Shown piece after piece: positions 1-12,599 of a stretch of DNA of 64,000 bases (position 1 is its first letter; every line of letters begins with the position of its first letter). Origin of the DNA: an uncultured Planctomycetaceae bacterium (GTDB taxonomy: Bacteria; Planctomycetota; Planctomycetia; Planctomycetales; Planctomycetaceae). A program made the position numbers and the translations under genes. The DNA lies in the NCBI GenBank assembly GCA_963813715.1, contig CAWFAK010000017.1:864001-928000 (forward strand), read 5' to 3'. The notes below the pieces were generated by a model, which made no database searches, had not been told where the DNA came from, and saw nothing but the letters and a program-made list of their open reading frames with translations.

Positions 1-1827
1 ACCCTCCGGCGTGCGGTGGGGCGTGCCGTGGAAGAGCGACGCGAGCACCGAGCGGCTGTCCGCCAGCGTCGCCCCCGCGTCAACGACCAACACCAGCTCT
101 TCGCGCTCGGCAAAGCAGACGGCCAGCTTGCAGATCAGGCCAATCGGCGATTCGTTGTGCTCGAGCGGGCTGAAGACGATGACCGCACCGGGCCGCCGCA
201 ACGATTGCTGAATTCGTAGCGCCAGGAGGCGGAGCGAGTCTTCGCCATCGTCGCTCGTACGGGCTAGCGAGAATTCGCCGCTGGCCTTGCGCCGGTTGAG
301 GCGGCTGCTCAGGGCGCCGCGACTCAACAGGGGCAGACCGAAGCGGCGGGCCGTCTCGTCTGCCGGGCTTTCCCGGGAGAGGAAATACTCGGCCCCGAAC
401 ACGGGAGCCACGAGCACGAGGCTCACGCCGATGAACGCCAGGGCGAACAGCTTTTTGAACGTGGTCTTGGCTTTGCCGTCCCACGTGGCTTTGCAGACGA
501 TCGACAGCTCCTTGACCGGGCTGGCCTTGATCTGCCGCAGCGCCTGCAACTGCCCGCGAACCATTTGCTTATTGTAGACGGCCGCGGCCAGATCGTCCTG
601 GAAGGCCTTGGCCTCTTCCACCTGCGGCCGGATGGCGTTGTTGGCAGCCTCGAGCTTTTTCTTCGTGTCGTCGATCTTGGCTTTGAGGTCGGCCACTTCA
701 TCCGACCGCGTTTTGAGTCCCAGTTCGGCCCGCTTCTCCTCTTCCGTGATCTTGTCGATCTGCGTCGACTGATCGCTCATGTCGGGCGTAACGTAGGAAT
801 TCAGCCAGGGGAACGAACTCAGGTTCTTGCCGACGGCGTCGACCAGTTCCTTGAACTTCATGGGCGAATCGTAGTCGCCGATCTTTTTGGCCAAATCGTC
901 CATCTCGCGGCTGAGCCGGGTGAGCGTCTGATAAGGCTCACTGGCCGGGTCGTACTTTTCGAGATGCGCTTTGACGTTGCTCTGCTTGGCCTCGAGCATC
1001 TTGCGATTGAGGTCTTTGACCTCGGCGATGCGCGACGCCTTGTATTCTTGAATTTGTGTTTTGAACGTGGTCTCGGCCAGCCAGGCGGAATTGTGCGCGG
1101 TCGTGTATTGGCGGAGCGTGTCCGGCAGCTGCGTCTGGTCGAACTCGGTGCCGACCATCTTTTCCCTGTAGTTGCGGAGCAGCTTGCGGCTGTTTTCTTC
1201 ATTGGCTTCCGCGCGGAACAGCTCTTCCTCGGCGTGACGCACGTGCTCGGTGGCCCGGTTGCGGCGGTCTTCGACGGCCCGCTGCACGTACATTTCCATC
1301 AGGTCGTCAAGCAACTCCTTGCCTTTCGTGAGGTCGCTGGTGGTCAGCAAGAGCGTGATCATTTTCGACTTGCCGTCGGCCGCCACGTCAAGACTGTTGG
1401 TCAGGCCCAGCACGTCTAGCTCGTGAGCCATGTTCCGCTTCTCAATCACCGTCTGCAGAAAGGCCGGCGATTGGATCAGCTCGGCGTGCGCCTCCACCGG
1501 CTCCATCTGGTAGGCGTTGGTTTTGGTCATCTCGGGCAGGCCGTGATATTCCAGCTCGCCTTTGAGGTTGTAGCTTTCGGTGGAGAAGATCTGCCCGACG
1601 AAGTACGCCGGCCCCAAGGCGACCAGTCCGCAAATGGCAATCAGCCACCATCGCTTCCGCAGCGTGGCCTTGATGAGCGGCTCGCGCTCCTTGGGGGCCA
1701 GCGGGCTGGCCTTGGGAGTCGAGCGGGGGGCAACGTAAGTAGAGAGAGCGGTTCCGGGTTCCGGGCCCGTTGTACCGACGTCTGAACCCTCGGGCACAGA
1801 CGTGATCTCAATATCACCGGTTGCCAT
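1..1827 (-). CDS. Polysaccharide co-polymerase, Wzc/GumC-like, with degenerate tyrosine-kinase domain; runs off the left edge of the window
   Basis: Own translation from ATG 1827 (MATGDIEIT...) is open to position 1. N-terminal TM (KRWWLIAICGLVALGPAYF), long coiled-coil, second TM (KLFALAFIGVSLVLVAPVF), then SLRLLALRIQ...VIVFS...VLVVDAG, typical of BY-kinase starts. Absent from the ORF track because no stop lies in the window. Confidence 0.75.
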   Translation of the reverse strand, partial: MATGDIEITSVPEGSDVGTTGPEPGTALSTYVAPRSTPKASPLAPKEREPLIKATLRKRWWLIAICGLVALGPAYFVGQIFSTESYNLKGELEYHGLPEMTKTNAYQMEPVEAHAELIQSPAFLQTVIEKRNMAHELDVLGLTNSLDVAADGKSKMITLLLTTSDLTKGKELLDDLMEMYVQRAVEDRRNRATEHVRHAEEELFRAEANEENSRKLLRNYREKMVGTEFDQTQLPDTLRQYTTAHNSAWLAETTFKTQIQEYKASRIAEVKDLNRKMLEAKQSNVKAHLEKYDPASEPYQTLTRLSREMDDLAKKIGDYDSPMKFKELVDAVGKNLSSFPWLNSYVTPDMSDQSTQIDKITEEEKRAELGLKTRSDEVADLKAKIDDTKKKLEAANNAIRPQVEEAKAFQDDLAAAVYNKQMVRGQLQALRQIKASPVKELSIVCKATWDGKAKTTFKKLFALAFIGVSLVLVAPVFGAEYFLSRESPADETARRFGLPLLSRGALSSRLNRRKASGEFSLARTSDDGEDSLRLLALRIQQSLRRPGAVIVFSPLEHNESPIGLICKLAVCFAEREELVLVVDAGATLADSRSVLASLFHGTPHRTPEG

Positions 1828-2215
1828 GAAGGACCTCTCGATTGTTCGCGGTGGTCCCGTGCGCTCCATCGCTTCCCGTCTGGCAACGGAAAAGCGTCGG
1901 GGATCGGGCAGCCATGCCGCGGGCCAAGTTCCGTCAGCCGCGACTTCCGGGGCGATCTGCGGAACAGGCCCAAACCGCCGGTGCGGTGATGTCCCCCGAT
2001 CGCCGCATCTCCCTGATGCGGTGGAGGCTCCAGTTTAGGCACCCCTTAGGCGAAAGTAAATGACGCGGCGTCCCCGGATTCTAGGCGGGCTGCGGCGACT
2101 GAGCGGAAGATGCGGTCCGCCGGCCCGCGCGGCTCAAAAGGCTTCGCGCGCGGACGATTGCGGCAAGTCACTAGCTCCACAAACGCTGAGTGTTTCGTTC
2201 GCCTCGCCCTTGTCG

Positions 2216-3403
2216 CTAGCGATGCTGCGTGAGGTAAACGAGGAGGGCCGTTCCCAAGAGACCGAGAAGAGTGGCAAACGCGATTTTCCAGCCGCTGTAC
2301 GGCCGCTCGCCGTCGACCTCGCCCGTGCAAGCGTTGACCAAAACCTGATAGGTCCGGTCGCGATAGCGGTAGGCCAACATCCAGACCGGCAGCAGGATGT
2401 GCTTGAACGTGATCGCCCCATATTGCGTACGGATGCTGTCGACTTGTTGTTCGTCGCCGCCGATTCGCTGCCGCACGTCCTGCTCGAGGGCCGCGTCGAT
2501 TTCGCTCCGCGCCAGGCCGAAGCCGTCCCCCAGCTCGACGTCGTACGTCCGCGACACAAAACCCGCGAGCACTTCCTGGGAAAACGGACGGCACTTCTTC
2601 AGGGGCCATGGCGCCAGTCCGTCCAGGAGGTTGCGGCGAATTCCGCCCGTCGCGGCGATCAGCACATCGTCGAAAAAACGCTGGAACTGTCCGGAGACCG
2701 GCCACCAGCGTGTGCGGCGGACCTGCTCCTCCTTATCGCCGTTGCGTACGGTTTCCCAGTAATACTCGCCTCGCTGGCCATCGTAGGCGCAGGCGGTCAT
2801 CGCGTCGTACGTCCAGAAGGGCAAGTAGACGCCGTTGAATTTGCCGTTCGCACCGCGTTTACGAAATTCATTCGGTGCGAACCAGCGCGAGCGAATCCAC
2901 CCGCTGAGGTTGCCGGCCGCCTGCTCGCGAGTGACGGCGAAGGTCAACAAGCCGTCGACGGGGATCCGCCAGCCTCCCGAGTGCACGTGCTCGCGCTGCA
3001 CCTGGCAGCCGCAGTAGGGGCACTCGGAACTTGTCAATGTGCCCACAAAGACAATGTCGGCGCCGCAGCCCTCACAACGGATGTGGTTCTGGGTTCCTTC
3101 CTGTTCTTGCTCCGCGCTCCGCGTGGCCGCCTGTTTCTTCAACTGCGCGACCGTCGCCTCGAAATCTTGCTCGGCGACTTTCGCGTTCGGCGGGACGACG
3201 ACGTCCTTTTCAAAGCCGCAGTGAGGACACTTCAGCCGCTGGTCGCCGATGTTAAAGACCAGCTCGGCTCCGCACCGCTCACAGGGAAACACGCGGCCCC
3301 GCCCGGCATCGATCGTGTGGCCCTCGGACGTTGACGAAGGCGAAGCGGCCGCGGCGACGTTCGGTTGAGCGGGTGCGTCCGGCGGTTCGGCGCTGGCGTT
3401 CAT
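2216..3403 (-). CDS. Double zinc-ribbon membrane-anchored protein (family usually paired with SPFH/YdjI proteins)
   Basis: 395-aa ORF with four CxxC pairs (CERC, CPHC, CEGC, CPYC), GVYLPFW and LLPVW motifs, and a C-terminal TM. Confidence 0.8.
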   Translation of the reverse strand: MNASAEPPDAPAQPNVAAAASPSSTSEGHTIDAGRGRVFPCERCGAELVFNIGDQRLKCPHCGFEKDVVVPPNAKVAEQDFEATVAQLKKQAATRSAEQEQEGTQNHIRCEGCGADIVFVGTLTSSECPYCGCQVQREHVHSGGWRIPVDGLLTFAVTREQAAGNLSGWIRSRWFAPNEFRKRGANGKFNGVYLPFWTYDAMTACAYDGQRGEYYWETVRNGDKEEQVRRTRWWPVSGQFQRFFDDVLIAATGGIRRNLLDGLAPWPLKKCRPFSQEVLAGFVSRTYDVELGDGFGLARSEIDAALEQDVRQRIGGDEQQVDSIRTQYGAITFKHILLPVWMLAYRYRDRTYQVLVNACTGEVDGERPYSGWKIAFATLLGLLGTALLVYLTQHR

Positions 3404-3527
3404 GGAGCGTCCGCGAAATGAATTTGCCGACTGAGGGTTGTCGTTCGGCGGTCATGCGGGCGCGTAGACGTTCTGCGCCGCCCGCGTCGATCACAGTGGA
3501 GTCGCTTGCGGAGTCCGAACGGCCGTG

Positions 3528-4649
3528 TTATTTCGCCGGCACGGGCGGAGGAGGAGGCGCGGCGGGAGGAGCCGGCGGTGTGGCGAAGGCGCTGGCGATT
3601 TGCGGCACTTGTCCGGCCGGTGCCCACTCACCCATTCCCGTCGTCCACACGAGCGTGTCCCGAGCGATTTGCCCCTTCGCGATGCCGTCAGCCAGTTGCT
3701 GGGCCGTGAACGGGCCTTGCTGCTGCCCGTTGATGGCCACATGCCAGGCCGCAGCGCCGGGTACCGGAGGGGGACCGGAACTCGGAGCGCCGAATGCGCC
3801 GGCCATGCGGTTGGCCATGGCGAAGCCCATCCCGAGCCCCATTCCCTCGGCTGCGCCGCCACCCGACGGATTGCTGGCCGCGGCCGTGATCGCCTGCCCG
3901 GTTTGAAATTGCTGAAAGCGGTTCATGTCGCCGATGACGCCCATGCTCGAGCGCGTGTCGAGGGCTTTTTCGACGTCTTCGGGCAGCGAGACGTTGACGA
4001 TCATCAGCTGCGGAATGTCGAGCCCGTACTCCTTGTCGACTTTCTCTTCGACCTTCTTCCGCAAGCCGTCCGAAAGATCGCGATAGTGAGCCGCCAGGTC
4101 GAGAACGGCGACATGCGAGCTGCCGATCATTTCTGCAAATACCGACACGATCATCGATCGCAACAGCTCGGTGACTTCATCGGCGTCGAATTCGGCATCG
4201 GTTCCCACGAGTTCCTGCAGCAAGGCCTTGGGATCGACCGCCTTCACCGTGTACGTGCCGAATGCGCGCACGCGGACGGGACCAAAGTCGGCATCGCGGA
4301 GGATGATCGGATTGGGCGTGCCCCACTTGAGATCGGTGATCTGCCGGGTGGAGACGAAATAGACCTCCGACTTGAACGGGCTGTTGAAGCCGTATTTCCA
4401 GGCTTGCAGTGTGCTCAAGATCGGCAGGTTTTCGGTGCCGAGGGTGTAATTCCCCGGCTCGAAGACGTCGGCGATCTGCCCACGGTGGACGAAGATCGCC
4501 TTCTGCCCCGGCCGGACGATGAGCTGAGCCCCGTTCTTGATTTCGTTCTGATACCTGGGGAACCGCCAGACCAGTGTGCGGTTCGAATTGTCGACCCACT
4601 CGATGATGTCGACCAGTTCGGTGCGGAGTCTGTCGAAGAGTCCCATCAC
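3528..4649 (-). CDS. SPFH (band-7-like, YdjI-type) protein with C-terminal GYF_2/DUF4339 domain
   Basis: IKNGAQLIVRPGQ, SPFKSEVYFV and KWGTPNPI motifs; C-terminal WHVAINGQQQGPF...LVWTTGMGEW; GGAG RBS upstream. Confidence 0.85.
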   Translation of the reverse strand: MMGLFDRLRTELVDIIEWVDNSNRTLVWRFPRYQNEIKNGAQLIVRPGQKAIFVHRGQIADVFEPGNYTLGTENLPILSTLQAWKYGFNSPFKSEVYFVSTRQITDLKWGTPNPIILRDADFGPVRVRAFGTYTVKAVDPKALLQELVGTDAEFDADEVTELLRSMIVSVFAEMIGSSHVAVLDLAAHYRDLSDGLRKKVEEKVDKEYGLDIPQLMIVNVSLPEDVEKALDTRSSMGVIGDMNRFQQFQTGQAITAAASNPSGGGAAEGMGLGMGFAMANRMAGAFGAPSSGPPPVPGAAAWHVAINGQQQGPFTAQQLADGIAKGQIARDTLVWTTGMGEWAPAGQVPQIASAFATPPAPPAAPPPPPVPAK

Positions 4650-4954
4650 AATCTCCTGCCGGGTCTGACGTCTTTCGCTGTCTGAGCCTCAACCACCCAT
4701 TCGCTAATTTGAGCCGATTCTATCAACCCTCAAGTTTGACCGCTGCCAAGTTCAACCGCCCGTTCGACGGCGGCCTGCCCGGCGGACATACCCATTCGAA
4801 GGGCGGGGCTCGCTGCCGCCGAACTTGACGGCAAGTGGACCGCAAGCCACTAACGCGGAGGGACCGCCATCGGCTCAATAGAATTCGCCCAGAAGGGGCA
4901 ATTCCGACGACGACCAGTCAGCGGAACCGGCATTTCAATCGGTCTGAGGCTGGT

Positions 4955-5012
4955 TGCCAAAATGGCATCTTGCCGACTAAAGTTTAACCCGTCGGCACTT
5001 GCCAAATTGACA
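4955..5012. promoter_or_regulatory. Candidate upstream activator (bEBP) sites for the dnaK sigma-54 promoter
   Basis: Palindrome TGCCAAAATGGCA (4955-4967) and related TGCCAAATTGACA (5000-5012), about 90-145 bp upstream of the -24 box. Confidence 0.45.
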
Positions 5013-5097
5013 GGAGCCCGAACCGGGCCATTTGGAGGGAGATCCGCAAGTTATCAATTGGCAATAAGTTATACCCAACACAATCCGTTCGCGAGCT

Positions 5098-5112
5098 TGG
5101 CACGTGCTTTGC
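5098..5112 (+). promoter_or_regulatory. Sigma-54 (-24/-12) promoter of dnaK
   Basis: TGGCACGTGCTTTGC matches TGGCACG-N4-TTGC with correct GG/GC spacing. Confidence 0.7.
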
Positions 5113-5279
5113 CTTATGCGAAGTGTCACTGTCGAAAAGCGCCCAGACTGCGGCTGCTTGAAAGTGACATCCCGAGTGCGTTAGAAGATGGCGAACTCGC
5201 TCCGAAATACACAGCAGAGAAGTTGAATGCGGGGTCAGGGCCGCTTCGCGGTTTTTGACCGTGGTTAAAGGAGATCACC

Positions 5280-7196
5280 ATGGCGGTGCAAGGCGAAAAG
5301 ATCATCGGCATCGATTTAGGGACTACCAACTCGGTCGTCTCCGTGATTGAAGGGTCCGAGGCGAAGGTCATTGCCAACCAGGAAGGAAATCGTCTTACGC
5401 CGAGTGTCGTGGCCTTCACGGACAAGGGAGAGATCCTGGTCGGCGAGCCGGCCAAGCGGCAGGCGGTGACCAACCCCAAAAACACGGTCTACTCGATCAA
5501 GCGGTTTATGGGCCGTCGCCACAGCGAGGTCGAGACCGAAGAGAAGATGGTTCCCTACACCATCGTCGGCGGACCGAGCGATTACGTGAAGGTGAAGGCG
5601 GGCAACAAGGAATACACGCCCCCGGAAATCTCGGCGCTCATCCTCCGCAAATTGAAGGAAGCGGCCGAGTCTTACCTGGGGCACAAGGTCAACCGCGCGG
5701 TGATCACCGTGCCGGCGTACTTCAACGATGCGCAGCGGCAAGCCACCAAGGACGCTGGGCAGATCGCCGGCCTCTCGGTTGAGCGAATCATCAACGAGCC
5801 GACGGCTGCCGCGCTCGCGTACGGACTCGAAAAGAAACGCGAAGAGAAGATCTGCGTGTTCGACCTGGGGGGCGGTACATTCGACGTCTCGATCCTCGAG
5901 GTCGGCGACGAGATGGTTGAAGTTCTCTCCACTAATGGCGACACCCATCTGGGCGGCGACGACTTCGACGAGACTTTGATCAACTTCGTCGCGGATCGGT
6001 TCAAGAACGAGAACGGCATCGACCTGCGCAAGGACCCGATGGCCCTTCAGCGGCTCCGCGAAGCGGCCGAGAAGGCCAAGAAGGAGCTGTCGCAGCAGCC
6101 GACCACCGATATCAACCTGCCATTCATCACGGCCGACCAGACGGGGGCCAAGCACCTGCAGATGAACGTCACGCGGGCCGAGTTCGAGCGGCTGATCGAT
6201 CCGCTGGTCGAGCGGTGCCGCAGGCCGGTTGAGCAGGCGCTGCGCGACGCCAAGCTGTCGCCCAAGGACATCGACGAAGTCGTGCTCGTGGGCGGTTCGA
6301 CCCGCGTGCCGAAGGTCGTCGACTTCGTCCGCCAGCAGTTCGGCGGCAAAGAGCCCCACAAAGGCGTCAACCCGGACGAGGTCGTTTCGGTCGGCGCCGC
6401 CATTCAAGGTGGAATCATCGGCGGCGACGTCAAGGAGATGGTGCTCCTCGACGTGACCCCGCTGTCGCTGGGCATCGAGACCGAAGGCGGGATCATGACC
6501 ACGCTCATCGAGCGGAACACCACGATCCCCGTCGAGAAGAAAGAGGTCTTTTCGACCGCGGCCGACAGCCAGACCGCGGTGACGGTGAGCGTGTTCCAGG
6601 GCGAACGGAAAATGGCCCGCGACAATCGGTTGCTCGGCCAGTTCAATCTCGACGGAATTCCGCCGGCGCCGCGGGGCGTGCCGCAAATCGAAGTCAGCTT
6701 TGACATCGACGTCAACGGCATCCTCAAAGTCTCGGCCAAGGATATCGCAACCCAGAAGGTGCAGACGGTCAGCATCGAGAAATCGAGCGGGCTGTCCGAG
6801 TCCGAAATCGACAAGATGCGATCGGATGCCGAGTCGCATGCCGAGGAGGATCTGCGCAAGCGAAAACTGGCCGAGGCCCGCAACCACGCGGCGCGGCTGG
6901 TCTATGAGACCGAGAAGTTGATGAAGGAGCACTCCGACAAGCTCGATGGCGGCTCCAAGTCGGCGATCGAATCGTCGATCGAACGGGTGAACAAGGCGGC
7001 GGCCGGCGAGGACGCCGGTGCGATCGAGTCGGCCGTCAAGGACCTCGAGCAGGCAACGCACGCCCTCTCGAAGCACATGTATGAGGCAGCCTCGAAGGCG
7101 AGCGCCTCGGCCCAGTCGCAGCCGGCCGGCAATGGTCACGAGGAATCAGGACACACAGGGGACAACGTCATCGACGCCGAGTTCGAGAAGACGTGA
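5280..7196 (+). CDS. dnaK: Chaperone DnaK (Hsp70)
   Basis: [39 protein letters not shown] motifs; AAGGAG RBS. Confidence 0.98.
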   Translation: MAVQGEKIIGIDLGTTNSVVSVIEGSEAKVIANQEGNRLTPSVVAFTDKGEILVGEPAKRQAVTNPKNTVYSIKRFMGRRHSEVETEEKMVPYTIVGGPSDYVKVKAGNKEYTPPEISALILRKLKEAAESYLGHKVNRAVITVPAYFNDAQRQATKDAGQIAGLSVERIINEPTAAALAYGLEKKREEKICVFDLGGGTFDVSILEVGDEMVEVLSTNGDTHLGGDDFDETLINFVADRFKNENGIDLRKDPMALQRLREAAEKAKKELSQQPTTDINLPFITADQTGAKHLQMNVTRAEFERLIDPLVERCRRPVEQALRDAKLSPKDIDEVVLVGGSTRVPKVVDFVRQQFGGKEPHKGVNPDEVVSVGAAIQGGIIGGDVKEMVLLDVTPLSLGIETEGGIMTTLIERNTTIPVEKKEVFSTAADSQTAVTVSVFQGERKMARDNRLLGQFNLDGIPPAPRGVPQIEVSFDIDVNGILKVSAKDIATQKVQTVSIEKSSGLSESEIDKMRSDAESHAEEDLRKRKLAEARNHAARLVYETEKLMKEHSDKLDGGSKSAIESSIERVNKAAAGEDAGAIESAVKDLEQATHALSKHMYEAASKASASAQSQPAGNGHEESGHTGDNVIDAEFEKT

Positions 7197-7230
7197 TCGG
7201 CTGATTTCTCGAGTGACCTGATCGCTCACA

Positions 7231-7259
7231 AACGGGCCGCTCCGCGGTCCGTTTTTTTT
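7231..7259 (+). terminator. Intrinsic terminator-like hairpin between dnaK and clpB
   Basis: AACGGGCCGC-TCC-GCGGTCCGTT running into a T8 tract. Confidence 0.65.
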
Positions 7260-7272
7260 GGAGGCATTCCCT

Positions 7273-9946
<2,674 letters not shown>

Positions 9947-9961
9947 CCGCGAAGGCAGTGA

Positions 9962-9998
9962 CAGCCCGGCGAGCCGCCAGCGTGAGCTGGCGGGTGCT
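9962..9998 (+). repeat. REP-like hairpin repeat, copy 1
   Basis: CAGCCCGGCGAGC-CGCCAGC-GTGA-GCTGGCG-GGTGCT; the same flanks recur at 32214-32250. Confidence 0.65.
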
Positions 9999-10027
9999 TC
10001 TCTTAGTTTTCTCAGAGGCGCAGAGAC

Positions 10028-11018
10028 CTAATTGCGTGCCCAGCGCCAGTTGCTAACGCCGCGGAGGTTCACGATGCGATCGGCCGGCCAACCACCGCGG
10101 TAGAGTTCGACGATCGTTTCAGCCGCCATCTTGAACGTGTCGTACTTCGACTCGTTGTCCATGCCGGCAACGTGCCCGGCGAGGAGCACGTTGTCCAACT
10201 TAAGCAGCGGACTGTCGACCGGCAGCGGCTCAACCTCGAACACGTCGAGCCCGGCGGCCCGCAGATGGCCGGAACGCAAGGCGTCGCACAGGGCCGCTTC
10301 GTCAACGAGGCCTCCACGGGCCGTATTAATCAGCACGGAACCCGGCTTCATCTTCGCCAGCGTCTGCGCATTGATGAGGTGCCGTGTTTGCGGCGTCAGC
10401 GGCGAGTGGATCGAAACGTAGTCGGACCGCGCGAGCAGATCGTCGAGCGAGACGATCTCGATCGGCCACTTCGCCAGGAATTCGGCGTTCGGCTGCGGCT
10501 CGAACGCCAGCACCTTCATGCCGACGCCGATGGCCCGCGTCGCCACCGCTTGCCCGATGCGGCCCAGGCCCACGATTCCCAACGTCGAGCCCATCACCCG
10601 CGGGCCGGTCGCCCGCTTCCATTTGCCCTCGCGGACGCGGCGGTCGGTCATCGGAAAGCCGCGGGCCACGCCGAACAACAGGGCCAGCGTGTGCTCGGCC
10701 ACCGAATGGTGATTGACGCCCGGCGTCGTGCAGACGGCGATGCCGGCCCGGTCGCAGGCGGCCAGGTCGATGGCGTCGAAACCGACGCCCGATCGCGAGA
10801 TCGCCCGCAGCGCGGGGAGCGCCTCGATCACCCGTTGTGGAGTAGGGTTCCGCCCCGGCGATGACGGCGTCGGCCCCGGCGAGCGCCTCGATCAGTTGCT
10901 CGTTCTGGCGGAGGTCCCGTGCTCGCGAGACCTCGCTGAAGCCGATCCCCGCGGACTTGAGAATCTCGATATGCGGCCCGGAGCCCGAATCGATCGACGT
11001 TCCGACGACTTGCGGCAT
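10028..11018 (-). CDS. D-isomer-specific 2-hydroxyacid dehydrogenase (phosphoglycerate dehydrogenase-like); frameshift near 10840
   Basis: GVGFDAID, GIVGLGRIG, INTARG, LDVFEVEP motifs; N-terminus in ORF 10326..11018. Confidence 0.85.
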
Positions 11019-11031
11019 CCCCGCTCTTACC

Positions 11032-12095
11032 TTACGGCCGTGCGGCCTGCGTAGAGCCCTGGATATCGCCCGTGGCCGTGAAGGTGATCGGCTCAGGTCG
11101 TCCGGCGATCGTCACGATGAATTTCTCGGTGAACTGACCGGATGTGTTCGGCGCGGTGAAGGCCAGCGACAGCACGTGCACGGCCTTCGCTTCTTTGCTC
11201 AAGGCGGGCATGCGGAAGGCCTGACGGTTCGAGTCGCACTCGACCTTCTCGATCACGAACGGTTTGTTGCTCCGCAAGAGGACCGTCTTCGTCGATTCAC
11301 CGCCGGGGGAGACGGTGCCGAGCTGCACGACCGACGGGGTAATCGTCACGTCGCCTTCGACCCGGGCCTGCACCAACAGAGGAATCTCGCCGCCAGTCGC
11401 GTCGTTAGTCACAAGGGTCATCTGCTTCCGCAGAAAGCCGACCGGAGCGCCAGGCAGCAGCGACACGTCGAGGCGGTAGTTGACCGTGCCGCTGGGGTCC
11501 CGCGCAGTCTGCACGACCTTGGCCTCAATGTTCGGATCGCCCGTGACCACCTTGCCGATCGCCCAGTCCGGACGGCCCGCATAGGCGATTTCGATCGATC
11601 GATCGGTCTTCGTGCCGACGGTCACCGCGCCGAAGTTCACCGAACCCGGTGTGAAGACGACGTCGGAGCGGATATAGACCTGCACCGGAATTTTGACTTC
11701 GGCAAACCGCGGCTGGCCGAACTGCACGGTGACGGTCGAGGTCTTCAGGTGCTGGAACTTGTACGTGTCCATCGAGATCTCGACGATCGTCTCGCCGCCG
11801 GTCTTAACCGGGGTCTGATCGAACCGCGGGGCCGTGCAGCCGCACGACGTGGTGACGTTCGAGACCTGGATGTCCTGCGTATAAAGGTTCTTGATGTGGA
11901 ACTTGTGGCTGACTTCCGCGCCCGCGCCACAACGCCGAAGTCTTTGCTGGTCGAGTCGAACATCTTCTTCGCCCAGTCGTTCGGATCTTCGACGACTTGC
12001 TGTTGGACGATCTCTTGGGCCCGGACCGCAACCGGCGCGGCGGCGAGCACCACGGGAAGCACTACGAGCGAGCAGCAGCGCAGGGTCCGGATCAT
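11032..12095 (-). CDS. DUF1573 domain secreted protein; frameshift near 11925
   Basis: Signal peptide, then WAKKMF...KDFGVVAR/GAEVSHKF, SCGCT motif and repeated Ig-like segments. Confidence 0.8.
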
Positions 12096-12599
12096 CGCAT
12101 TCTCTCGATTCTGGGGAAGGGACGATGCACAAAACGCCTACGCAGGCCGGTCCAGTTTGTGCGTCGAGCGCGGGGTTGTTTCTTCAAGAGCTCACAAGCG
12201 ACGGCCGCTCGGTTCAGAGCGCCTCGGTTCGGCCGCTCCGTTTCGCCTCGATCTGAGCCGGATCAGAACGTTCCACTCGGCGAATGCTTTCCACTGGCAA
12301 ATCGGCCGGAGACCGCGGGGAAGTTAATGCGAGACTTATGAAATGTCAATGTCTTACGGCGTCAGCGGTTGGCGAAAGATTCGTCGCGAAAAACCGTTCT
12401 AATTTTACGCGCCGGCCCCCCTTCACGGAAGACGACTCTGGCCTCCAAATCGGTCGCGGCGCCGGAATCGGCACGATCGTTCGAACCACGTCTGTCCCAC
12501 GGAGTTGGGGCAGCGGGCGTTACGCGGCAAGGCTTCGCGCATGAAGGAAAGCGTGACGAAAAGGAGGAAAGGAGCCGCCGTGTGCGCGACTCGTTCGAT

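Noticed and set aside
565..1785. Plus-strand ORFs 565..1419 and 1423..1785
   Set aside because: Shadows of the minus-strand Wzc-like gene that the ORF track missed.
5160..5200. CIRCE element upstream of dnaK
   Set aside because: Only a partial GAGTGC half-site; no TTAGCACTC partner at 9-nt spacing.
12469..12484. Sigma-54-like CGGCACGATCGTTCG on the plus strand
   Set aside because: The -12 GC is missing and there is no plus-strand gene downstream.
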